A stretch of DNA of 64,000 bases from Candidatus Onthovivens sp. (GTDB lineage Bacteria; Bacillota_I; Bacilli_A; RFN20; CAG-826): the NCBI GenBank assembly GCA_035270825.1, contig DATESL010000015.1, positions 13,529-77,528 on the forward strand, in the 5' to 3' direction. Position numbers and translations under genes: made by a program. How positions within the stretch are numbered: position 1 is the first letter of the stretch; each line of letters begins with the position of its first letter. The notes beneath the pieces were generated by a model. The model was not told the DNA's origin and did not search any database. It saw only the letters and a list, made by a program, of their open reading frames with translations. This document shows positions 8,819 to 17,318 of the stretch, in pieces.

Positions 8819-10621
8819 TTACTCCATTTTTGTTTGTATATCATTTACTCTTTTATACAAACCTTTCTTTTTAATTAATTCATCATGAGTACCTAGTGCC
8901 TCAATTGTGCCATCATTTAAAACGATGATTAAATCAGCATCTTTAGCAGTTGCGACGCGGTGAGTAATAATTAACATGGTGGATTTATTTTTACGAGCTT
9001 TTAAAGCTTCGCGAATCTTAAAATCAGTATCGGTATCAACAGCACTTAAGGAATCATCAAAAATAATAATTGGTGATTTCTTAACTAAAGTACGCGCAAT
9101 TGATAAACGTTGTTTTTGACCACCACTTAAAGTAACACCCTTTTCTCCAACAGCGGTACGATAGCCGTCCTTAAATTTAAGAATTGAATCATGAATAAAA
9201 GAAGTTTTAGTAGCTTCTAAAATATCCGTTTCACTAGCATTAGTAGTCACTAGCTTAATATTATCTTCGATTGTTTTTGAAAAAAGGAATGGTTCTTGTA
9301 AAACAATTGAAACATTTTCGCGTAAGTGAGTTCTTTTAATTTCTTTAATATTTACATCATTAAGGAGAATTTCGCCCGAGGTATTATCATATAAACGAGC
9401 AAGAAGATAAGAAAGAGTTGATTTTCCACTTCCAGTTTTACCCATAATAGCCACAGTTTGACCAGGTTTAATTTTAAAAGATAAATTACTTAAATTATCG
9501 ATTGAGGAATCAGCAAATTTGAAACCAACATTTTTAAATTCAATAGTGCCATCTAAAGTAGGAGTCACTCCGCTATCAATATCTTCTAATGGTTCATCAA
9601 AAATTAAGTTAATACGGTCAGCAGCAGCTAAGGCTTGAGCAAAGTTTGAAATAATTGTGGCAACATCACGAACTGGCCAAACAATCATATTAACAAAGGT
9701 AAAAGAAATTGCTAATGTTCCAACACTAATTCCCATTGGATCATTATTAACATAATGAATAAAACATAAGTAAAAACCAAAGACTGAAGTTAAAGCAATT
9801 TGAGCAAAGACAAAGATATCACTACTTCCATAGAAAAAAGAACTAAGTTTTTTCCAGCGAATGAATTTACCTTGATAATCATCTATGTATTTTTCAAATT
9901 CAGTAATTTCAAATCTCTCATTATTAAAAGCTTTAACTAAACGAACACTAGAAAGGTTTTCTTCAATTTTAGAAGTCATTTCACCTTCACTATCATCTGT
10001 TAAACGATATCTGCGACGAACCTCTTTAATAATAAAGAAACTATAAATAAACATAAATGGTAAAAGACTTAAAGAAACTAAGGCAATTTGATAGTTAGTA
10101 ATAGATAAAATAATAAAAGAGGTTGAGACTAAAAAGATTGTATGAACAATCATGTAACGTTGGAAAGTAAAATAACGTAAGACTGTTGATTCATCTTTAG
10201 TACAAGTTTGAATTAAATCTCCATTTGGTAAACTTTTAATAACAGGGTATGGTAATCTTTCAATGTGATAAAATAATTCATCTTGGAGATTTTTACCCAT
10301 CTTAGTAATTGTATAACTACGAAGGAGGAATCTTGAGATGGCAAGTCCAACTGAGATCAGGGCAAAACCAATAATGATAATAGCAAAAGCCCAGACATTA
10401 TTACTTAAAAGTTCATGACCACCAAAAAGATAAAAATATGCTTTTTCTAGTATATCCATTTCAGCAAAAGGTTCATTGGTTAAACAGTCAATTAAAGCTT
10501 TAGTTGAATATGATGAAAACATCGTTGTAGCAACGTTTAAAAGGAGCAAAACAAAGTAGAAGTAATAGCGAACCTTCACATCTTTAAAGATAACTTTTTT
10601 AATTTTTTTGAATTTTGACAT
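8819..10621 (-). CDS. ABC exporter, fused permease/ATP-binding subunit (heterodimer partner A)
   Basis: TM domain plus Walker A GKTGSGKST, signature LSGGQKQ and Walker B IIIFDDSLS (Asp in place of the catalytic Glu). This is typical of the degenerate site in heterodimeric exporters. 3-nt gap to the downstream partner. Confidence 0.9.
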   Translation of the reverse strand: MSKFKKIKKVIFKDVKVRYYFYFVLLLLNVATTMFSSYSTKALIDCLTNEPFAEMDILEKAYFYLFGGHELLSNNVWAFAIIIIGFALISVGLAISRFLLRSYTITKMGKNLQDELFYHIERLPYPVIKSLPNGDLIQTCTKDESTVLRYFTFQRYMIVHTIFLVSTSFIILSITNYQIALVSLSLLPFMFIYSFFIIKEVRRRYRLTDDSEGEMTSKIEENLSSVRLVKAFNNERFEITEFEKYIDDYQGKFIRWKKLSSFFYGSSDIFVFAQIALTSVFGFYLCFIHYVNNDPMGISVGTLAISFTFVNMIVWPVRDVATIISNFAQALAAADRINLIFDEPLEDIDSGVTPTLDGTIEFKNVGFKFADSSIDNLSNLSFKIKPGQTVAIMGKTGSGKSTLSYLLARLYDNTSGEILLNDVNIKEIKRTHLRENVSIVLQEPFLFSKTIEDNIKLVTTNASETDILEATKTSFIHDSILKFKDGYRTAVGEKGVTLSGGQKQRLSIARTLVKKSPIIIFDDSLSAVDTDTDFKIREALKARKNKSTMLIITHRVATAKDADLIIVLNDGTIEALGTHDELIKKKGLYKRVNDIQTKME

Positions 10622-10665
10622 AACTACAATATTTTACTATTTATTTTAAATTAATCAATGTTTAA

Positions 10666-10674
10666 TGGTATAAT
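10666..10674 (+). promoter_or_regulatory. Extended -10 promoter element (TGGTATAAT)
   Basis: TGgTATAAT ends 12 nt before the ATG at 10687. No SD lies in between. Confidence 0.5.
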
Positions 10675-10686
10675 AAGTTATTAATT

Positions 10687-12099
10687 ATGGAACAAAACGA
10701 TTTAGACAAAAAAAGTGAACAAATTCTTGAACCAAAAGAAGAAAAAAAATCAAAATCTTACAAATACTTTATTTATTTATTTGTTATCTTTTTAATTACA
10801 GGATTTGTTTTATATATCAATCTTACTCAAACGGCAACAAATTCAGCTGGTGAAACAGTGCAAGTATGGGAAGTTATTCCAGAATTAATTTCTAAAATTA
10901 ATTGGAGTTATTTTGCCTTATTTATTGCTAACACTTTGATATATTTTATTTTAGGTTCTGTTAGTTTATTTCTTTTTGCTCGATTATATACAAGAAAATA
11001 TCGTTATCATCAATCACTTGCTAATCATTTAATTGGTTTTTTTTATTCGGCAATTACTCCTGGATCAAGTGGAGGACAAATTGCTCAAGTTTATACTTTT
11101 AAAAAACAAGGAGTTCCTGTTTCCAATGCTGCTTCGATTTTTATTATGAGTTATATTGTTTATCAATCAGTCCTCTTATTTTTAGGAGTTGTTTCTTTAA
11201 TTACACGTACAAATATTATTATGGGAATTGAGTCAATTCCTGCTGATTTTATTATGATTAATGGAGTCCCTTTAAACATTCCAATTGTTGTTTTTATTGT
11301 CTTGGGATTTAGTCTTAATGTTTTAGTTATTGTTGCTTTATTTGTGATGTCTTATACTCATTCCTTACATAATTTTATAATTAATAAAGTCGTGGGATTA
11401 CTTGGTAAATTGAAGTTAATAAAAGAAGTTGAACGTACAAGAGAAAATTTACGAATTCAAGTGCAAAATTTCCGTGTTGAATTAAAAAGATTACAATCTA
11501 ATGTTCCATTTACCATTTTAATTACTTTTTTAACTCTTTTAACATTAGTGGCAGCAGAAATTTTGCCCTTTGTTGCAGGGTTAGCACTTAATGCTTTTGA
11601 TTTAACAAATAACTTTAATCCAATTTTAAAAATGTATGATTCAATAGTCTTTTTAAATTTCCATCAAATGGTCACTGGACTTATCCCAATCCCTGGAAGT
11701 GCAGGGATTTCAGAGTTAGTATTTGAACGTTTATTTGGTTCAGATGGTGGCTATTTCTCGGCTAGTTTTTATGAATCGGGCGGTTTGCCATTCCTTTTAT
11801 TATTATGGAGATTTTCAACCTTCTATATTCCCTTTATTATAACAGGAGTAGTTGCTGCAACTTATAAGTCACGCGGACTTAATGTTCATGATAGTGAAAA
11901 AGCGCTTAACTACTCACCTCGTAAGACAATGTTAACAATTCAAATTATGGCTCAAGAGGATGATGTTCCTTTAGATGCCATTGATTATAAACAAGTCTTA
12001 AAAGATAAAAAAGAAGATCGTAAAATTAAGCGAAACGATAGAAAAGAAAAGAAGCTTAATGAGAAAAATGATAAAAATGATAGGGAGATTAACTTATGA
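10687..12099 (+). CDS. Flippase-like / lysylphosphatidylglycerol-synthase TM-region family membrane protein (UPF0104)
   Basis: Polytopic membrane protein with ITPGSSGGQIAQVYTFKKQGV, typical of PF03706-type proteins. Highly charged K/D/E-rich C-terminal tail. Stop overlaps the next start (ATGA). Confidence 0.7.
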   Translation: MEQNDLDKKSEQILEPKEEKKSKSYKYFIYLFVIFLITGFVLYINLTQTATNSAGETVQVWEVIPELISKINWSYFALFIANTLIYFILGSVSLFLFARLYTRKYRYHQSLANHLIGFFYSAITPGSSGGQIAQVYTFKKQGVPVSNAASIFIMSYIVYQSVLLFLGVVSLITRTNIIMGIESIPADFIMINGVPLNIPIVVFIVLGFSLNVLVIVALFVMSYTHSLHNFIINKVVGLLGKLKLIKEVERTRENLRIQVQNFRVELKRLQSNVPFTILITFLTLLTLVAAEILPFVAGLALNAFDLTNNFNPILKMYDSIVFLNFHQMVTGLIPIPGSAGISELVFERLFGSDGGYFSASFYESGGLPFLLLLWRFSTFYIPFIITGVVAATYKSRGLNVHDSEKALNYSPRKTMLTIQIMAQEDDVPLDAIDYKQVLKDKKEDRKIKRNDRKEKKLNEKNDKNDREINL

Positions 12100-13265
12100 A
12101 TATAGCAATTTTTAGTGATACCTTTATACCTGATATTAACGGAGTGGCAACAAGTGTAAACTCACTTTTTAATCTTTTAAGAAAGAATCGTCATAATGTT
12201 TATTTAGTCACAACTTCACAAGCTAGTGAAATATCATTTATTGATAATGTTTTACGTATTCCTGGATTTGATATGAAAAAACTTTATGGTTATCGCGCTG
12301 TTTTACCATTTAATAAAGAAGCTTTTGATATTTTAAAATCTCTAAATTTAGATATTGTTCATATCAATACCGAGTTTGGAGTTGGAATGTTAGGATTTTC
12401 TTTTGCTTCTAAATTTAATTTACCAAGTGTTTATACATATCATACGATGTATGAGGATTATACATATTATTTTACAAAAGGTTATTTTGATCGTTTCTCA
12501 AAATGGGCTATTCGTGAGTTTTGTAAAACTAATCTTGGGAGAGCAACAGAAATTATTTCTCCCTCTGCTAAAACAGAAGTTTATATTCGCAGCATTGGAG
12601 TTGAAAAATACGTCAATATTGTTCCAACTGGCTTTGATTTCACCCCTTTTGAAAAAATAGATAATCGTGAAAAAGTTGTTAAAGAAATTAAAGAAAAGTA
12701 TGATTTAGTTGATAAATATATTCTTTTATGTATTGGTCGTATTGCTAAAGAAAAGAGTTTTGATGTTTTAATTAGTGCTTATCAAAAATTTATTGAAACT
12801 TATAAAGATGAAAAAACAGTTATGCTATTTGTCGGCGGAGGACCAGAGTTAGAAAACTTAAAGAAGTTAGCTAAAACTTTAAAGATTGCTGATCGAATTC
12901 GTTTTATTGGGAAAGTTCCATTAGAAGATATCCCTAAGTATTATGCAGTAGGTGATTTATTTTTAAATGCTTCAATTACTGAGACTCAAGGGTTAACGTT
13001 TATGGAATCAATGGCTTCAAGAATTCCTATTCTTTGTCGCTATGATAATAACTTAATTAATGTTATTGAAAATATGGTAACTGGATATTATTTTGTTGAT
13101 GAAAATGATTTTAAAGATAAATTAAACGCCATTATGAATTATGATCGCAAAGATATTGAAATCGTAATTGAAAATGCATTTGCTTCCATTTACTGTTTTA
13201 GTGATGTTAATTTTTATAATAATATTATAGGAGTATATAAACGTGCAATTAGAAAATCTTGGTAA
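12096..13265 (+). CDS. GT4 glycosyltransferase, probable diacylglycerol glucosyltransferase (glycolipid synthase)
   Basis: The N-terminus MNIAIFSDTFIPDINGVATSV and the E-x7-E region (ETQGLTFMESMA) resemble Acholeplasma/streptococcal monoglucosyl-DAG synthases from memory. Confidence 0.75.
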   Translation: MNIAIFSDTFIPDINGVATSVNSLFNLLRKNRHNVYLVTTSQASEISFIDNVLRIPGFDMKKLYGYRAVLPFNKEAFDILKSLNLDIVHINTEFGVGMLGFSFASKFNLPSVYTYHTMYEDYTYYFTKGYFDRFSKWAIREFCKTNLGRATEIISPSAKTEVYIRSIGVEKYVNIVPTGFDFTPFEKIDNREKVVKEIKEKYDLVDKYILLCIGRIAKEKSFDVLISAYQKFIETYKDEKTVMLFVGGGPELENLKKLAKTLKIADRIRFIGKVPLEDIPKYYAVGDLFLNASITETQGLTFMESMASRIPILCRYDNNLINVIENMVTGYYFVDENDFKDKLNAIMNYDRKDIEIVIENAFASIYCFSDVNFYNNIIGVYKRAIRKSW

Positions 13266-14052
13266 TAAGTCAACTTATGAATTAATTAAAATTGGTAAGA
13301 AAAAAGACCCAATTACTATATATTTTGATGATTTTAAATTAAAAGTTCCCTTAGAGATCTTTACAAAACATCAATTAGATGTTGGTCTTTATTCAAATGT
13401 ATTAATTGAAGAACTCCTTTATGATATTGAAAAATATGATTTAAAAAAACATTTAAGGGCACTTTCACTGAGAAAACCTCTTTGTTTTAATGATTTTAAA
13501 ATTATTGCTTATAGACAATGTCGTTATAAAATGGTCGTTGAAAAGAGCTTAAATGAATTAGTTGAAGAGGGAGTTATTGATGATTTAGCTTTCACTAAAA
13601 CTTATTATAAATATTTAACTGATTTGAATTTTGGCAAATATCATATTGTGAACTTTTTTAAACATAATAAGATTTCAATGGAAATTATCGAGCAATTAAC
13701 TTTTAATGAAGAAAAAGAAAAAGAAAAAATAATTAATTACTTCCATTCAATTAAAAATAAATATGCTGGAACTAATTTTTCAAAACTTAAAAAAGCTTTA
13801 TATGAAAAAATGCTTTTAAGAGGTTTTGATATTAATTTAATTAATGAATTCCTTAGTTCTTTAAAAATAAATCGTCTAGAAGAACAAAAAGCATTGAATA
13901 AAGACTTTAAAAAGAGTGTTAATAAATTCATTAATAAAGAAACAAAGCTTATTGATGAGAAAAAAATTATATCGAGTCTAATTAAGATGGGGTATGATTA
14001 TAGTGATATTAATAACTTATTAGAAGAATTAAAGGAGACAACAAATGATTAA
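13243..14052 (+). CDS. recX: RecX-like regulatory protein
   Basis: GTG start with AGGAG 9 nt upstream. Repeated three-helix pattern (LSLRKPLCFNDFKIIAYRQ, VIDDLAFTKTYYKY, LLRGFDINLINEFL) typical of RecX. Confidence 0.55.
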   Translation: MQLENLGNKSTYELIKIGKKKDPITIYFDDFKLKVPLEIFTKHQLDVGLYSNVLIEELLYDIEKYDLKKHLRALSLRKPLCFNDFKIIAYRQCRYKMVVEKSLNELVEEGVIDDLAFTKTYYKYLTDLNFGKYHIVNFFKHNKISMEIIEQLTFNEEKEKEKIINYFHSIKNKYAGTNFSKLKKALYEKMLLRGFDINLINEFLSSLKINRLEEQKALNKDFKKSVNKFINKETKLIDEKKIISSLIKMGYDYSDINNLLEELKETTND

Positions 14053-14962
14053 AGATTTAAAAGATGGGTCCTCAGCTGATGGACAATATTTAGTTAAAGA
14101 CGCTACAAAAGGCGTAACCACAACTGGCTTAAACTATTTAAATATTACTCTGCAAGATTCCAGTGGAACAATTGAAGCTAAAAAATGGGATATTAGTAAA
14201 AATGATTTAGAAATCTTTGCTAATGGTAATTTTATTAAGGTTCAAGGAGATGTTAATTTATACCGTAATTCCTTACAAGTTAAGGTTTATGGAGGTTCTT
14301 TACTTGATAAAGGAAGTATTAAAAAAGAAAACTTTGTTATTTGTGGACCAACTTCTTTTGAAGATTTAAAAAAGAAGTTTGATTACTATTTAGATAGTAT
14401 TAAAGATCTTGACTGTAAAGCCATTCTTAATGAAATTTTTAATGAAAAACTTGAAGGTTTCTTAGAATACCCTGCAGCAGTTACTTTTCATCATGAGTTT
14501 TATCATGGATTATTACATCACTCCTTAGGGATGTGTGATGTGGCTGAGGGGTTAACTAAACTTTATACTTTAAATCGTGACTTATTAATCACTGGCTGTT
14601 TACTTCATGATATTGGTAAGTTAGAAGAATTTAGTGGTGTCATCGGAACGAGCTACACTAAAGAAGGTTCGCTTCTTGGTCATATCCATATGGGGGCCTC
14701 ACTTGTTAATAGTGTTGCTAAAAAGCTTAATATTACTTCAAATATTCCTCTATTATTAGAACATATGATTTTATCTCATCATGGAAAATTAGAGTTTGGA
14801 GCAGTGGTTGTTCCTTCAACTAAAGAAGCCTTTGTTTTGTCACTTATTGATGAATTAGATTCTAAGATGATGGTCATTGATAAAGCCTACAAAAATGTAA
14901 AATCGGGCGATTTTACGGATAGAATATACGCTCTTGATGGAACTAGATATTTTAAAGATTAA
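14045..14962 (+). CDS. yhaM: 3'-5' exoribonuclease YhaM (OB-fold + HD domain)
   Basis: N-terminal OB fold (YLNITLQDSSGTIEAKKWD) followed by HD motifs (HHEFYHGLLHHS, LLHDIGK). Confidence 0.85.
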   Translation: MIKDLKDGSSADGQYLVKDATKGVTTTGLNYLNITLQDSSGTIEAKKWDISKNDLEIFANGNFIKVQGDVNLYRNSLQVKVYGGSLLDKGSIKKENFVICGPTSFEDLKKKFDYYLDSIKDLDCKAILNEIFNEKLEGFLEYPAAVTFHHEFYHGLLHHSLGMCDVAEGLTKLYTLNRDLLITGCLLHDIGKLEEFSGVIGTSYTKEGSLLGHIHMGASLVNSVAKKLNITSNIPLLLEHMILSHHGKLEFGAVVVPSTKEAFVLSLIDELDSKMMVIDKAYKNVKSGDFTDRIYALDGTRYFKD

Positions 14963-14996
14963 AAAAGCTAGGATTTCCTGGCTTTTTTTACTGTAA
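14963..14996. terminator. Bidirectional terminator between yhaM and the HIT gene
   Basis: AAAAAGCTAGGA-TTTC-CTGGCTTTTTTT. The hairpin overlaps the stop of the convergent HIT gene. Confidence 0.7.
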
Positions 14997-15428
14997 ATCT
15001 TTTCTAATTTCTTCAGCAATTTGAGGAAGATTAAGACCTTTAAGATGATCTTTCATCTCTATTTTAAATTTGTCATTAGCTTCATAACGAGGAATAACAT
15101 GAACATGAAAATGAGGAATCTCTTGTCCACTAGCAGGGTAACAGTTCGTTAAAATATTTACGCCCTTAGCACCTAAAATTTTAATAGCAATTTGGCCAAT
15201 GCGCTGGGAGACATTCATTACTTTTTCTAAAATATCACGAGGACAAGAAAGAAAAGTTTCATAGTGAGCTTTAGAAATAACTAAAGCGTGACCATAAGTT
15301 ACTGGGTTGATATCTAAAAAGGCTAAAACATCATCATCTTCAAAAAGAATTGAAGAGGGAATAACGTGATTAGCTATTTTACAAAAAAGACAATTTTCAT
15401 CAAAATTCTTCGTATAAGTTTTTTTCAT
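14988..15428 (-). CDS. HIT family (histidine triad) nucleotide hydrolase
   Basis: Histidine triad HFHVHVIP. AAGGAG SD upstream. Confidence 0.9.
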   Translation of the reverse strand: MKKTYTKNFDENCLFCKIANHVIPSSILFEDDDVLAFLDINPVTYGHALVISKAHYETFLSCPRDILEKVMNVSQRIGQIAIKILGAKGVNILTNCYPASGQEIPHFHVHVIPRYEANDKFKIEMKDHLKGLNLPQIAEEIRKDLQ

Positions 15429-15445
15429 GATTAACTCCTTATTAG

Positions 15446-15484
15446 ATAAAAAAATAAAAGAACACTAGGTTCTTTTATTTTAAT
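15446..15484. terminator. Terminator after the lipoprotein pair
   Basis: AAAAGAAC-ACTAG-GTTCTTTT, flanked by A/T runs on both sides. Confidence 0.6.
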
Positions 15485-15497
15485 CAAATTTGTTTAA

Positions 15498-17306
15498 TTA
15501 TTCAAATAATTTTGGAAAGTTCTCATTGAAGTAATCATATAAACTTTGATCGTAGAATGTAAGGTTAAGTTGTTTTAAGAAATGAGTTAAAGCATTATTT
15601 GTATAAGTTGAACTGCTTGAAACATCATAACCAATTTCACGAGCATAGTCTTCGATAACTTTTAATTCTTCCTTAGTAGTTTCAGTTGAAGTAGCTAAAG
15701 TTGAAGGAGAGACTTGATCTAAAACTTCAATAATATAGAAGGTTCCAGAATCTTCCCAAATAATGGAATCTAAACCATTATTTTCACTAGAATAAGTATC
15801 TTTCTTTAAATAAGTTGGGCCATCAACTGCAAATTGTTTGATGTATTGGCCATCAACTGCAAAGGAAGTATTGTCATCTTTAGCAGTGATAAATTCACGA
15901 GCTAATCCATAAGAGAACAATTTATTAGTAATATCACTATTAGAGATTCCTGAGAAAGAATCAGAGGTTCCCCAAGTTTTAGTGACATAACTTGAAACTG
16001 CTAAGTTATTGGTTTTAATTGCTAAACCTTCACTTGGAGTATAAGTAATTCCATCTAAAGATGTAAAATTTGTATACTCGGTTGCATCATTGGTAGTTGG
16101 ATTATTAGTTAATTTAGAGTAATTAGTAATAATATCACCATATTTTGAACCTTCATAGTAAGGGTAATCAGCACCAACTTTACCATCAATATATTGTTTG
16201 TTTTTGGAAGGAATATCGGTTTTAGCTTCACCAAAGATGGTTTTTGCTAAATCGGCAGCTGCTTTATTTTCTTTTAAGGAAAGTGGATCAGCATTCCAAG
16301 CATCAATAACAACATCATAGTTTTGGCTATCAGTTGAAGGATTATTAACAATATTAGTTAAGGCGAATTGCTTTAATAATGCACTTGCATCTTTATAAGT
16401 ATTGTCGGAAAGAGTAATGTAATTAACTTGTCTGGATTGAGTTCTTCCAATTGCAGCATATTGTTTTTCAAAAACATATTGTTGAGTTAAAAGAGTTCTA
16501 ATAATTCCAGGGATAATATCATTATTAATATAATCCTTATAATGGAGTAAGTTAATAAGTGGTTGATCTCCACCAATAATTCCCTCTGGATTAGTTTCAG
16601 CATTATACTCAGGAGTAATTAAAGCTCCACTAGTTAAGCCATACTCATCAACAGAATAAGAATCTTGGTTTTTGTAGTCTGGATCAGTATATAAAACTTC
16701 TCCAGGAATAGCTTTACCATTATTATCATAAATTGTATAAAGTTTACTATAAATTGAACGAGCAAATAAAACTTCATAGAATCTGTTATTTTTCTTATTT
16801 GAAGAAGAATTAGCAGAAGTAAAGATTGATTTAACGATTTCTTTAGAAATTAATTCTTTAACGGAATCAATTCTTTGACGATAATCATTAATATTAGATA
16901 AGGATGGAGCTTCTTCGTAAGTTACACTAACGTCAGTTCTCTCCCAATTCCAATAAGCATTATGACTTTTAACAAATTCAAATAACTCAGTATCATTTTT
17001 CTCATCTAAAATCTTATCATTGAAGGAAATAGAGATTTCCCCATTATTTCCAATAACAAAATTTCCAATATAGATTTCACCAACTAAGTCATTTAGAATT
17101 TCTTTAACATCGCTTTGGTAATTATTACCTAAACGAATGATGTCATAGATTTGTTTCATGGTATTGCCATCAACATCGATTGCATTACCATTTTTATCAA
17201 CAACGATTGGAGCTTCTGGATCTTTTAATCCAGCAACTGCTTTGCCACAGCTTCCTAATAAAACAGAAGAAGCAACTAATAATAAGCTTAAATATTTCTT
17301 TTTCAT
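15498..17306 (-). CDS. Large lipoprotein, function unknown
   Basis: Signal peptide plus lipobox MKKKYLSLLLVASSVLLGS-C. GGAGG SD upstream. 602 aa, Asn/Ser/Thr-rich, with no catalytic motif recognised. Confidence 0.8.
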   Translation of the reverse strand: MKKKYLSLLLVASSVLLGSCGKAVAGLKDPEAPIVVDKNGNAIDVDGNTMKQIYDIIRLGNNYQSDVKEILNDLVGEIYIGNFVIGNNGEISISFNDKILDEKNDTELFEFVKSHNAYWNWERTDVSVTYEEAPSLSNINDYRQRIDSVKELISKEIVKSIFTSANSSSNKKNNRFYEVLFARSIYSKLYTIYDNNGKAIPGEVLYTDPDYKNQDSYSVDEYGLTSGALITPEYNAETNPEGIIGGDQPLINLLHYKDYINNDIIPGIIRTLLTQQYVFEKQYAAIGRTQSRQVNYITLSDNTYKDASALLKQFALTNIVNNPSTDSQNYDVVIDAWNADPLSLKENKAAADLAKTIFGEAKTDIPSKNKQYIDGKVGADYPYYEGSKYGDIITNYSKLTNNPTTNDATEYTNFTSLDGITYTPSEGLAIKTNNLAVSSYVTKTWGTSDSFSGISNSDITNKLFSYGLAREFITAKDDNTSFAVDGQYIKQFAVDGPTYLKKDTYSSENNGLDSIIWEDSGTFYIIEVLDQVSPSTLATSTETTKEELKVIEDYAREIGYDVSSSSTYTNNALTHFLKQLNLTFYDQSLYDYFNENFPKLFE

Positions 17307-17318
17307 TGTTATTTCCTC

